From an uncultured virus (IMG/VR IMGVR_UViG_3300030117_005941) (lineage: Duplodnaviria; Heunggongvirae; Uroviricota; Caudoviricetes): a stretch of DNA of 64,000 nt. How positions within the stretch are numbered: position 1 is the stretch's first letter; the number at the start of each line of letters is the position of its first letter. Position numbers and translations under genes: made by a program. The notes beneath the pieces were generated by a model. That model was not told the origin of the DNA. It did not search any database and saw nothing but the letters and a program-made list of their open reading frames with translations. Of this stretch, positions 12,826 to 23,536 are shown one piece after another. The DNA is taken from positions 1-64,000 of the IMG/VR virus record IMGVR_UViG_3300030117_005941. The stretch is one strand, 5' to 3'.

Positions 12826-15800
12826 TGGCAACTTGTTTTAATAGAAATTTACCTGCATATCAAACACTTTTAGGAAAGTATGACTCTCCTATGTTTGTAG
12901 ACAGTGTTGTTAATGGCTGGCAAAAAGTAAATAGATCTGAACTTATGCCTACAATTCCTCAAGTAGAAGATTATTTAAAAGATCAAAAAACATTTGAAAG
13001 TTTAGATAAACAAAATTTAAAACAATCTATACTTACAAACTTAGGTGTAAAAGGTAAAGGTTTAATTAGTGCATTAGGTGGATCCTATTATACAGACAAA
13101 CATTAGAAAGAAACAAAAATACTGTTGAGAGATTACTAGATTGGTGGCAAGTTACACCAGAAGCGGTGACAATAACAAAGACAGATAACTCTTATAGATT
13201 AGATATAAATGCTAATCTTTTAAATATGCAAGATGTTATAACAGAAACATCAGATGTAACACACTTGCAAGATATACTTCAACATTTAACAAGATTATTT
13301 CCTGATGTACAGATACAAGTATTAAGTCAAAAAGATGCAAAAAAACTTTATGATGCTTTACCTCAATTTACATCTGAGTTTCAAAAGCCGGTAGACTTTA
13401 AAGATGTAAAAAGTTTTTATGTAGATGGTCAAGCTGTATTAGTTGAAGGTAGAGTAACTTCAGAAACAGCAATAGAAGAGGTATTGCACCCTTTTGTTAA
13501 TGCTTTATACGCAGATAAGTCAGAGTTGTTTAGAAGATTAAAGACAGAATCAGAACGTTCTTTTCCTAAATTGGCTCAAGAAATAGCAGGTGCATATACA
13601 AAAACTAAAGGTTTTGATAACATTGATAGAGATAAAGAGTTAGTTACACAGGCAATGGCTAGACACTTTAAGAGAGAGTATGAACAAAATCCTACAGAGA
13701 GTTTTAGATCTAAGATTAGAGAGTTTATGAGATGGTTAATGGATGTCTTTAGTGATCTTAGCAAGTGGGTGGTAGGTAAAGACTTATCATTAGCACCAGG
13801 TATGATAGACAACGCTAACAACTTGACAAGTCTTTCTAAAATTTTAAATACAGGTGATTTAAAATTTAGTGTTGATAGAGCTATAAGAGAAGATAGAAAA
13901 GTTAGATTTAGTTTAACACCTAGATTTAAAAAGATATATAATAAAATAAAAGGTAAGGCTACATCAAAAAAACAAATTACTAGACTTGATGATCTTTACA
14001 ATGTAAGTATTAAAAGTGAAAAACCTATAGATGATTTTACTGTTTCTATGACAAAAAAGAAGAATCATCCTTTAGTAATATTAAATAAAAAAACACATAA
14101 GTATATTAGCGTAGAAAACGTTACTGATCCATTTACAAGTGTAACTACAAAAATTGGAGGGTTTAGTTCTAAAAGTTATTCTATTAAAAAGGGAGATACT
14201 GTATCAAGTATTGCTAAAGACTTAGGTACTACAGTAAAAAAGATTAAAGAATTAAACCCACCATCTGATAACTTAAACACACTTACAAAAGCAAATGGGC
14301 AAGGTATAAAAGAAATATATGTACCACAAGAAGATTTTCAAACTAATATGGATATTGGTAATGATTTTGATAATATAGTAAGTGCTATTGTATTAGATGA
14401 AGGAGTGGATAGTGTGGATTTAAAAGTTGTTAGCAAGGAAGTTGCAGAAGATTTCTATACAAGAATGAAAAAAGATCTTGCAATACTAACAAGAAATGGT
14501 GGTATCCTTATACCTCAAGTTGTAGTATCAGATAAACTTAATCAGATTGCAGGAACTATAGATTTATTATACATGGATGAGGATGGTAGTTTAGAGATCA
14601 TAGATATTAAGACAAGTAAAGATGCTTTAAATACTATTGTTAATGGTAAATTAAAGTATGAACAAGCATATTATCCTGTTAGTTATGGTAGTATTTTTTA
14701 TGATCCTAGCAAGTCTCATGATGATCAGCAGAAGTTTACTAAAGAACAAATGCAAGCTTTACAGGTAAACTCTTATGCACAAATATTAAGAAATCAAGAT
14801 TATGATGTTGATTCTACTTTTACTTTTCATGTGCATACTCCTGTTACAGGTAAAGGTAAAAATCAAAAGTATACACAGAAATTTATCATTGAAGGTCTTA
14901 GATCACAAGTTGAAACTGCAGATGTTCTTATTGGTGATCCAGCTAATAACAACTTTGCTTCTGAAATGATGGTAAAAGATATGTCTGATCCTACAGCTGG
15001 TAATAAACTATTTACTTTAGATAAAGAAACAGGGGAGAATGAAATAGAAATTGATGAGTCTGAGATAGATGCAGTAGCAGAAAATGTTACTTCTAAAATG
15101 ATGTCAACAGAATCTGTGCTTGAGCAAATAACAGATTTTAAGGTTGCAATGTCTACAAGAAAGGAAAATTATCAAAGGGTCAAAAATCAAATTACTTACT
15201 TTAAAGATGGCAAAGATGTTGTTCAAGAAATTGATAGGACTTTAGCAATTATAGATGCTGGTGTTGAAGATGGTAATGTAATACCTTTGTTTGAAGAAAT
15301 TGTAAAACAATCAACACAAGAGTTAGATGATTTTATTGAGTATGTTAATGACCCTGATAGTTATCTACAAGATCCTAATTATATATCTAAAGTTTTAAAC
15401 TACTCAAAGATGGTAAATACTTATGAAAGTTTATCAGAAGTTGAAAAAGCAGAAGGTTTAACAAAAGCACAACTTCAACTTATAGCAAAACTTAGAGAAA
15501 GAATATATACAATTAATGGTAAAAGAGACGCTTTAGGAAATATAATAGAAGGTAAAGAAGGTTTAATAAATACCGCTATAGAAAATTTTGCTAAACAGTT
15601 TATTAAAGATAATTCTAAAAGAGATTTTACACAAGAAGATTTAGAAGACATATTAAGATGGGGTACAGATATTGGCATGATAGAATATCAAACAGGTACG
15701 TTAGCTACATCAAGTGATACTATTCTAGCTTTAATGGATAAAGTATTTAAAAGAAAAAGACAAGAGGTACTGGATAGAGTAGAGGAAAGGAATTCAGAAG

Positions 15801-18746
15801 TTAGAAGGTTAGCTTCAAGAATAGAAAAACTATCACCTGGTAGAAAAGCTAACTTTGATTTTATGATTGTTCTTGATGAAAATGGTGTTCCTACAGGAAA
15901 TTATGTAAAGAAGATTGGTAGGAAATATGCAGAAATGAAACAGGAAAGAACTGATAAACTTAAAAATTCTGATGGTGATCCTTTGGAATATGTAGTAAAG
16001 CAAAAACTAACACCTGAAGAAATAGCTTATAATAAAAAGTTATATAAGGATAGACAGGAGTATAGAAGTTTTATGCAAGGTGAAAGAATTATAGATGGTA
16101 AAATAGAAGAGGGCAAGTATCACAGATATAGTGAAGAGTTTAAAAAAGAAAGATCAAAGTTTATGTTTTTTGATGGTCAGCAATGGCAGAAGAGAGACAG
16201 AGTGCCTTTAAATGAATATTTAGAATTTAGAACTAAATATTATAATCCTTCTAGTTTTTTTGTACCAATAAATGATCAAGATGGATTTACAGGATATTTA
16301 AAACCAAGAAGACAAGGCTGGTTTCCTAAGTCTGAACATCTTGAAATTAGAGAGCAAAGTTCATCTGATTCAGGATCAATAAACTTTTTAGATCCAAAGT
16401 ATCAAAAGATTATGAATCCTACTAATGCATTGCAAGAAGCTCAAAAAGAATTTTATGAAATGTATATTAAATATTTTGAAGAGGATTTACTTAAGAAGCT
16501 TCCTATGCGTGTTGTACAACAAATGCATGGTAGACTACCGCTTATAAAAGATACACAGTTTCAACAACTTAAAAATGCTCCAAACATGATGTCTAGGTTA
16601 TGGGCTAAAGTTAAAGGTGTTCCACGTGGTGTTTATGATTTCTTTGCAACTAAAACTCAAAAGTCAAGAGTAGTTTTAACTGATGAGTATGGTAATTTTA
16701 CAAGCACCCTTCCAATATTTTATACAGGTAAAATTCAAACTGAACAAGATCTTCAACAAATATCTGACAAAATAAAAGTTAAAGAGGATGAAATAATTAA
16801 AGCTAATGGTGATCCAAAAACAACACAACTAGCTATAGAGAAATTAAAACAACAACTTGAAGATTTAAAAGGTAAAAGAATTGATTTTAAAGATTTAATA
16901 AAATATGATAAAGAATATACAAATTTTAAAGATGTATTAAATACANNNNNNNNNNGATACAAGAACAACACAAACTAAAATTGATAAATTAAAACAGCAG
17001 CTTGAAGACTTAAAGGGTAAAAAAAGAAGAATGCAAAATAGACCTGAAGCAACTGAACTTAGCAGAGATCTTGCTGATAGTTTAATAAGGTTTAGTGCAA
17101 TGGCTGAAAATTATGAAATCATGTCAGGTGTAGAAGATACTCTTAGTTCATTAATAAAAGTATTAGAAAGAAGAACATATGATCCAGCAACAGGTGATGA
17201 TCTTAAAACTTTTAAAGATGGTGTAATGGAAAAAGCTGGACTAAAGGGTAGCTCAGGATTAGAAACTCCTTTGATTGTTAGAAGAGCAAAGAAATGGATG
17301 AAGATGGTATTTTATGATGATGATCAGAAAACAGAAAATGTATTTGAAAAGATATCTAGAGGTTTGATTAGTTATACATCCTTAACATATGTTGGTCTTA
17401 ACCCTTGGGGTAATTTAAATAACTATGCTATTGGTAGAATAAATAATTTAGTAGAGACAGCTGGTGCAAGATGGTATGATAGAAAAGCTGCTGTAAGAGC
17501 AACAAAAGAATTCAATCAAAGAATGATACCAGACTTTATGAAAAGAATGGGTGGTAGAACTTTTCTTAATGATGCAATGGGGGTAAGTCCAGGGCAGTAT
17601 GAAAAGTATAAACCTGGTAGTAAGTATGAAGCTCTTGTAGAATTATTTAGAATGATGGATGATAAAGCAGATATACGAGAACAAAACAAAACTGCTGGTA
17701 AAGAAAGCACGTTAAGAAAAGCTATGAGTTGGGGGTATATGTTACAGGATGCTGCTGAGTATAATGTACAAACTAAAGTTGGTATGTCTATACTTATGTC
17801 TACTAAAATATTTAAAAGTGGTGATCCAGATGGAAGTAAAAGTGCAATATCTCTTTTTGATGCTTATGAATACAACCAAGAAACAGGTAAACTATCTCTA
17901 CAAGAAGGGTATGATACAGTTATAGACTTTCAAACAGGCAAGCAACAAAAGATGTCTGATAAAGCAAGATATGATATTAGACAATACATACGTGAGGTTA
18001 ACATACATATACATGGTAACTATGCTTATGAAGATAGAATGGTATTACAGTCTAGTGCATTAGGACAATTAGCTGCACAGTTTCATAAATGGATTGCTCC
18101 AGCTGTTAAGGCTAGATATAGAGCAGAATATTTTGATGAGAATCTAGGTTGGATAGAGGGTAGATATAGAACCTTTTGGAATTTTATGACTTATACTGCT
18201 AAGAATATGACAGATATTAGAACAGCGGCTAAAGATTGGAAAGATTTACAAGGAGAGAAGGCAGAAATGAAAGTTAAAAATCTTCACAGAGTTGCAGGTG
18301 AATTAATGTTATTTATGATGACAGTAATGTTAAGACAAATGTTTGCTGCTATGTGGGATGATACAGACGAAGATAAGAAGGGTACAATGAAAAGATTTCA
18401 AAATGCTTTTATGTATCAGATGGATAGGCAAAGAAGAGAGCTTCTCCAGTTTGTAAACCCTAGAGATGCTTTTATGTTAATGAAGTCTCCAATTAGTTCT
18501 GTAAGAATGATGAAAGAAATGTCTGAAGCATTAATGACTGGTGTACAAACACCTTTTATTATTGGATCATATAGCTTACGTGGTGAAGGAGATGTTGAAT
18601 TAGATAAAAGAATATACTATCAAAGAGGTGCTAAGAAAGGAGATCTTAAACTTTACAAAGAATTCTATGATGCATTCCCAGGTCTTTATGCACTTAACAG
18701 ATGGATGTCATATGATAATGTAAAAAACTTCTGGGTGGGGGATTAA
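12825..18746 (+). CDS. Giant crAss-like virion cargo protein (degenerate zincin, LysM, PD-(D/E)xK nuclease, helical C-terminus), fragmented into ORFs 12825..13106, 13166..16978 and 17031..18746
   Basis: Start overlaps the RNAP stop (TAATG). A frame change lies within 13070-13103. Motifs: EEVLH (13475-13489), LysM YSIKKGDTVSSIAKDLGTTVKKIKELN (from 14177), IAGTIDLL...IIDIKT (~14546-14614). Homologous overlapping sequence flanks the second gap. Confidence 0.72.
16805..17030. other. Scaffold gap (10 N, 16946-16955) joining two diverged copies of the same coding segment
   Basis: Left side reads DPKTTQLAIEKLKQQLEDLKGKR; right side reads DTRTTQTKIDKLKQQLEDLKGKKRRMQN. Confidence 0.9.
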
Positions 18747-18782
18747 TTCACAATTCCTTAACTTTCCTTTAACATTAGAGTT

Positions 18783-18794
18783 GTATATTATTAG
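18783..18794 (+). promoter_or_regulatory. Block A promoter-like motif variant (GTATATTATTAG)
   Basis: Similar to GTATATTATAAT at 21116 and 22435; lies immediately before ATG 18796. Confidence 0.35.
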
Positions 18795-18795
18795 T

Positions 18796-18870
18796 ATGAG
18801 AATAAATGTTACTAATTATATATATGTGCTAATAATAGTTACTGCTTTTGCTTTTGGTCTTTTGATTTAA
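18796..18870 (+). CDS. Putative 24-aa single-TM peptide
   Basis: MRINVTNYIYVLIIVTAFAFGLLI*, hydrophobic, directly after a promoter-like motif; not in the ORF track. Confidence 0.35.
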   Translation: MRINVTNYIYVLIIVTAFAFGLLI

Positions 18871-18991
18871 AAGGACAATGTCTACAATTACTATTACAAC
18901 AATATCCTCTTTTTAGATGATATGCTACGGTCATAACCATATTACCGTCTTTATCTTTGTAAAAGTATGGATTAAATTCACTTGACTTCAC
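18839..18991 (-). CDS. DUF5522-like small Cys-rich protein (50 aa)
   Basis: GTG start overlaps the nrdJ end; YKDKDGNMVMTVAYHLKRGYCCNSNCRHCPF matches the DUF5522-type signature; not in the ORF track. Confidence 0.75.
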   Translation of the reverse strand: MKSSEFNPYFYKDKDGNMVMTVAYHLKRGYCCNSNCRHCPFKSKDQKQKQ

Positions 18992-20843
18992 AAGCACCAC
19001 CAGCACATGCTAGCTCTCCCATTAGATTAGTTTCATCATCATCTTCCACAACTTTAGAAAGATCTATATCCATTAATGATGTAACCATTGTATTAAACTT
19101 ATGTTCATCTATATCTTCAAATGGAGCTTGAGTGTAGGTACCACCATCATAAGGTAGCACAGCCAGCCCATTATAATGATCTCTATTATTCCACATCCAT
19201 TCACCCGCATCATTCCAGTCTTCATCTTTTAAACTAATAGTAGCAGAAACATTATGACTGTTAGATCCAGTTCTATGACCAGGCTTTACCCATTCAGTTG
19301 CAACTTTCTTTACTCTTTCTAATAATTGAAAAGCAGATTCAGTTCTTAGTATAGACCCTCCTGGTGCTTTTTGAGGTATACTTATTACAGCAGTATCATG
19401 ACCACGGAACACACAGTCTTCTACAAGATCAGGATGATTTTCAGCAAGATATCCATATATAGATTCATTTTTACCTACACGTATTCTTCTAACATAATAG
19501 TCATTATGCCAAGCATGAATACCAGAACTAGTACCTAATGTTAATGATGTTGTACCAGCAGGTTTTACTGTTGTTGTCCTAGCAGCTTTTTTAATTCCAA
19601 TAATTTTAGCTACACGTGTATTTTCTTTATTAACAATTTTTGCTGCAGCATTCATGTCTATGTAATCAGCAAGAACTTTTTTAGATCCTATACCAGTCAT
19701 GGATACACCAATCAATGCATCTTTTTCTGTAGTCTCTTGCCATACTGGTCTGAGATAGTGGAAGTTAGTATATCCTGCTTGAAGTGTTCCTATAAATGCA
19801 GCAGCCTTAACTCTTGCTTCTAAGTCTTCTTGGGACTGAATATTGCTTACATTAACTTCACACAAGTTACAAAATTGAAAAGGACGTAAAGCAATCTCAC
19901 AACAAGGGTTTGTACCCCAATCTTTATCATTGTTAAAGTAAATACCTGGTTCACCAGCTTTACTTAACTCTACTCTCTTCCATAGATCCATAAAGAAAGA
20001 CTTAGTTATCTTATGTCTCATAAGCACTGCAGAGTTATTAGCTCTACCGCGTTGTGGATTTAGTTCCCACCAAGCTCCAGATTTACAAGCAATCATCTCA
20101 CTATCATCAGCACTAAACAGACTGATAAGAGCAGCACGTCTAATACCACCGGCTAATACAGCATCTGCTATATGGCAAACTATATCATGCACTTCTAATG
20201 TAGATAATGCATCACCATCTTCTTTATTTTCTAATATACCTGTTACTTTTAATATGCATTCTTTTAATGGTTGTGGACCAGGGGCTTTACCTCCTGATGT
20301 AACTAGTCTAGCACCTTTAGGTCTAATGTCTGAATAGTCAAATACTATACGTGAACTTTTACCATTTAAGTAAGACTTCATTAGAATCTTAACTGCATCT
20401 GCCCAACCTTCAATAGAGTCACCAATCAAATAACGTCTAGTTCTTTTTTTGTATGGTTTATTTATTAATGGTAGTTTATCAACATGATGTTGTTGAACTG
20501 AATAACCTACACCTGTTCCACCAAGTAACAAAAACATAGTTTCACTAAATGAGTCTACATGATCTATAGGAAGGTATGCGCAATTATATATTCTATTAGG
20601 ACTTATCTCTATTGGCTTGCCAGCAAACTGCATGGATCTCATAGAAGGTAAGATCTTTTTATCATAAACATAAGTATATGCATCTAATATATCACTTTTT
20701 AATTTAGGATATTTTTTAATATGCATATGCATGTTTCTTGTTACTAGCTCTTCCCAAGTTTCTCTACGTTTTAACTCCGGTAAGTATTTTGCGTATTTCA
20801 TATAGACAGTGATATCACTAAGGATCTTGTTATTCAATTCCAT
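18978..20843 (-). CDS. nrdJ: Class II adenosylcobalamin-dependent ribonucleotide reductase, monomeric RTPR type
   Basis: NCAY, GTGVG, TNPCCEI thiyl-radical loop, VKPAGT, C-terminal ACAGGACEVK cysteine pair; no small subunit gene adjacent. Confidence 0.93.
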   Translation of the reverse strand: MELNNKILSDITVYMKYAKYLPELKRRETWEELVTRNMHMHIKKYPKLKSDILDAYTYVYDKKILPSMRSMQFAGKPIEISPNRIYNCAYLPIDHVDSFSETMFLLLGGTGVGYSVQQHHVDKLPLINKPYKKRTRRYLIGDSIEGWADAVKILMKSYLNGKSSRIVFDYSDIRPKGARLVTSGGKAPGPQPLKECILKVTGILENKEDGDALSTLEVHDIVCHIADAVLAGGIRRAALISLFSADDSEMIACKSGAWWELNPQRGRANNSAVLMRHKITKSFFMDLWKRVELSKAGEPGIYFNNDKDWGTNPCCEIALRPFQFCNLCEVNVSNIQSQEDLEARVKAAAFIGTLQAGYTNFHYLRPVWQETTEKDALIGVSMTGIGSKKVLADYIDMNAAAKIVNKENTRVAKIIGIKKAARTTTVKPAGTTSLTLGTSSGIHAWHNDYYVRRIRVGKNESIYGYLAENHPDLVEDCVFRGHDTAVISIPQKAPGGSILRTESAFQLLERVKKVATEWVKPGHRTGSNSHNVSATISLKDEDWNDAGEWMWNNRDHYNGLAVLPYDGGTYTQAPFEDIDEHKFNTMVTSLMDIDLSKVVEDDDETNLMGELACAGGACEVK

Positions 20844-20894
20844 TTTTTAGTTATTTAATAGTTAATAAATGTAGACACCTGAGATGAACAGGTA

Positions 20895-20906
20895 ATTATA
20901 ATATAA
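20895..20906 (-). promoter_or_regulatory. Block A promoter-like motif upstream of nrdJ
   Basis: TTATATTATAAT on the minus strand about 50 nt before the nrdJ start. Confidence 0.45.
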
Positions 20907-20913
20907 TTAAAAA

Positions 20914-21093
20914 TTATGACTTAGGATACAAGTATGTGAAAGAAATAGTAAAAAATAAAAACCCAAAAGATACTATCATTGCAGGTTCCCACTTCTTAAC
21001 AAACTGTACCTCACATTGTTGCACGTATATTCCTAATAAAGGTGATTCTGAAAGCATCTCAATTCCAAAAGTAAATCTTTTCATATTTGTCAT
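20914..21093 (-). CDS. Hypothetical 59-aa protein with hydrophobic C-terminus
   Basis: MTNMKRFTFGIEML...IVSFGFLFFTISFTYLYPKS*; ATG start with A-rich leader, co-oriented with nrdJ. Confidence 0.6.
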   Translation of the reverse strand: MTNMKRFTFGIEMLSESPLLGIYVQQCEVQFVKKWEPAMIVSFGFLFFTISFTYLYPKS

Positions 21094-21115
21094 TTTTAAT
21101 TGGTTATATTTTTTT

Positions 21116-21127
21116 GTATATTATAAT
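21116..21127 (+). promoter_or_regulatory. Block A promoter-like motif GTATATTATAAT in a divergent intergenic region
   Basis: Preceded by a T-tract; identical copy at 22435; the core TATTATAATA is palindromic. Confidence 0.55.
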
Positions 21128-21156
21128 AGTATACAAATATAAAAAAAATAAATACT

Positions 21157-21468
21157 ATGGCAAATTCACCTTCAGGATTAAATGCAGATCCTAAATTTAA
21201 AATGATGATTGATGTCTTAAGAGACACAATGATACAAGGTTATGCTAAACAAGGAGCAACTTTTATCAATGATACAGCTCAACATACAGCAGGATATTAT
21301 GCAATACAAGGAATAAATTCTGCAAAATTAGATGTTAGTGATTGTGCTTTTGGTTCTGGCATGACAGACTTTGATGCAGATTTTACTATACCAAATGGAA
21401 CAATTATATATGGAAACTTTAATACAGTAAGTTTAGAAAGTGGTTCATGTATAGCTTATAAAAAATAA
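21157..21468 (+). CDS. Hypothetical small beta-rich protein, probably structural
   Basis: 103-aa ORF tightly coupled to the downstream lectin-like gene. Confidence 0.6.
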   Translation: MANSPSGLNADPKFKMMIDVLRDTMIQGYAKQGATFINDTAQHTAGYYAIQGINSAKLDVSDCAFGSGMTDFDADFTIPNGTIIYGNFNTVSLESGSCIAYKK

Positions 21469-21470
21469 TT

Positions 21471-22412
21471 ATGATTGGTATAGGTACATCAATATCTAAA
21501 AGTCATGTAATTAATGACCCTTCATCAGTATCTGACTTAGTTCTTTGGTATGATTTCACTAATGCAAGCAGCCTACGTCAAGATAGAGATGGTACTGGTA
21601 CAGTTAGTGCTAATAATGATCCTGTAGAATGGGCACGTAATCTAGCTAATGGTGATGCAAATGGAAATGTATTAGGATATTTTGCACGCTCATCAGCAGC
21701 AGGAAGTAGTTATGGTGCAACTTTTAAAACTGGTGGATCAGGAGGACAACCTTATATCCAATTTGCAAATGATGCTTCAGACAATACTAAAGGTCTTAGA
21801 TCTGGATATTTTAATAGTGGTAACTCTAATCTTGATGGGGGTGTAGCAGTTAATAAATTTTCTGATGTAGTTGTGGATATGAGAGACTTTACTCTAATAC
21901 AGGTTTTAAAACATGATGATGCTGATATAGATACAAGTAATGATTTTTCATTAGAAATGTTCGGTTATGCTAATGGAACTTCTAGTGACAATGCTACTTT
22001 TTATGGAATGAAAGATAGAAATTCTCCAGATAAATACAAAATACTTTATCTTGGAGACTCTTTAGCTGATGAAATTGAAACAAATGGTCAATTAGATACA
22101 AATCCACATGTATTATTTTCAAGATCTAAAAATGAAACTAATGGTTTTATATTAAAAATAGATGGTACTACACAAACAGATACTGAAACTCCAGAAGCAT
22201 TAACTTTTCACTTTGATTCAAGCTCTGATAGTGGAAGTGGATCAGCTGCTATTAGTATAGGAGCAATGAATACAGGAGATTCCGGAGCTACAACTAATGC
22301 ATGGCAAGGAGGAATTTATGAAATAATGATTTATAATAGAGCAATAACTGATGATGAAATGGCAGATTTAAATATATATTTTGCACAGAAGTACGGAATA
22401 ACTATAAGTTAA
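21471..22412 (+). CDS. Concanavalin A/LamG-like domain protein (putative fibre or decoration protein)
   Basis: MIGIG N-terminus, LVLWYDF, C-terminal ISIGA...WQGGIYEIMIYNRAITDDE...YFAQKYG. Confidence 0.7.
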   Translation: MIGIGTSISKSHVINDPSSVSDLVLWYDFTNASSLRQDRDGTGTVSANNDPVEWARNLANGDANGNVLGYFARSSAAGSSYGATFKTGGSGGQPYIQFANDASDNTKGLRSGYFNSGNSNLDGGVAVNKFSDVVVDMRDFTLIQVLKHDDADIDTSNDFSLEMFGYANGTSSDNATFYGMKDRNSPDKYKILYLGDSLADEIETNGQLDTNPHVLFSRSKNETNGFILKIDGTTQTDTETPEALTFHFDSSSDSGSGSAAISIGAMNTGDSGATTNAWQGGIYEIMIYNRAITDDEMADLNIYFAQKYGITIS

Positions 22413-22434
22413 TTTTAAAAATGATAATTTTTTA

Positions 22435-22446
22435 GTATATTATAAT
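22435..22446 (+). promoter_or_regulatory. Block A promoter-like motif GTATATTATAAT
   Basis: Identical to the copy at 21116; about 20 nt before ATG 22465. Confidence 0.55.
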
Positions 22447-22464
22447 ATCAAGTAGTTTATAATT

Positions 22465-22707
22465 ATGAATAGAAAAGAAATGCAAAAGATGGCAATGGAG
22501 CTCTATAATCAACAGATTATGGATAAGAATGATTCATTAATAGGAGATGCATTAAACGCAGTGGCTACAGAAAACATCATGCTTAAGAATACTATTGAAA
22601 GCATGAAACTCAAAACCTCAAAAGAAAACCTAATAAACCAAGGTAGAACTAAACCTGTAGATCTTAGTAAGAGAAGATCAGGTAAAAGAAAAGGAGGAAC
22701 AATATAA
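22465..22707 (+). CDS. Hypothetical protein with basic C-terminus
   Basis: 80-aa ORF in operon context. Confidence 0.6.
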   Translation: MNRKEMQKMAMELYNQQIMDKNDSLIGDALNAVATENIMLKNTIESMKLKTSKENLINQGRTKPVDLSKRRSGKRKGGTI

Positions 22708-22720
22708 ATAAATATTTAAC

Positions 22721-23128
22721 ATGGCAACAATTACAGCACAATTAAAATTAGATAGTGCAGCCGGAAGTTTATTAACTTCTGTATTAGCTATTGATGATAC
22801 AGCAACATTAACTAAGTTGGGAACTTCAGATGGTTTGGAAGATACAACTGGTTTAGCTAGAAGAACATTTGCAGCAGCAACAGAAACTCAACTATTGGCA
22901 GCTGCTAGTTATACAGATACAAAAGCTCATAAGTTATATATAAAGAATACAGATACCGGTCATACTACGCAAGTAGAAATAACTCTTGGTACTATAGGGG
23001 GATCTAAAAGTTTAGGTTTTTTAGATCCAGATGATTGGGCTTTTATACCTTGGCAAGGAACTGAAGATATAAATGTAAAATGTACATCTGCAACTACACA
23101 GGTTGAATGGATGTTAATTTTTGAATAA
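22721..23128 (+). CDS. Small paralogue family member 1 (MATITAQ type)
   Basis: Shares MAT(I/L)TAQ, Y(I/L)KN and WAF.PW with the next two ORFs. Confidence 0.75.
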   Translation: MATITAQLKLDSAAGSLLTSVLAIDDTATLTKLGTSDGLEDTTGLARRTFAAATETQLLAAASYTDTKAHKLYIKNTDTGHTTQVEITLGTIGGSKSLGFLDPDDWAFIPWQGTEDINVKCTSATTQVEWMLIFE

Positions 23129-23145
23129 TAAATAAAAAATAAGAT

Positions 23146-23511
23146 ATGGCAACTTTAACCGCGCAAACTAAACTAACATGTTCAGGAATAAATTCTGATG
23201 ATATGGCACTAGATGTTACAATGACTCCAACTGTAGCAGCAGGAGGTATTATTAGTAAAACTATTGATGTTAGATCAGGAGCAGCAGTAGAAATTTTGTA
23301 TGAAACACATTATGATGCTGGTGCAATAATTTATTTAAAGAATACAAGCAGCAGTGAAACTGCATATATAGAAACAAATGGTGGACATGCTTCTATAGTT
23401 TTAAGTGCAGGTCAATGGGCAGTATTTCCTTGGAATGCTGTTTCACATGATTTAAAAGCATATTCTTCTGCTAGTTTAGTATTAGAGATAGGAGTATTTT
23501 CCGCAACATAA
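23146..23511 (+). CDS. Small paralogue family member 2
   Basis: MATLTAQ...YLKN...GQWAVFPW...LEIGVFSAT. Confidence 0.75.
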   Translation: MATLTAQTKLTCSGINSDDMALDVTMTPTVAAGGIISKTIDVRSGAAVEILYETHYDAGAIIYLKNTSSSETAYIETNGGHASIVLSAGQWAVFPWNAVSHDLKAYSSASLVLEIGVFSAT

Positions 23512-23536
23512 CAATTAATAAAATAAGTATATAGAT

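Noticed and set aside
13104..13170. Stop-codon reassignment (TAG read-through), known in some crAss-like phages
   Set aside because: Reading through TAG 13104 hits another TAG and then TGA in frame, and the giant ORFs are already open under the standard code
20877..20893. Hairpin ACCTG-N7-CAGGT upstream of nrdJ as a riboswitch or terminator
   Set aside because: Only a 5-bp stem, and the leader is too short for a cobalamin riboswitch
20936..21142. 68-aa plus-strand ORF in the track
   Set aside because: Likely shadow of the better-supported minus-strand ORF 20914..21093
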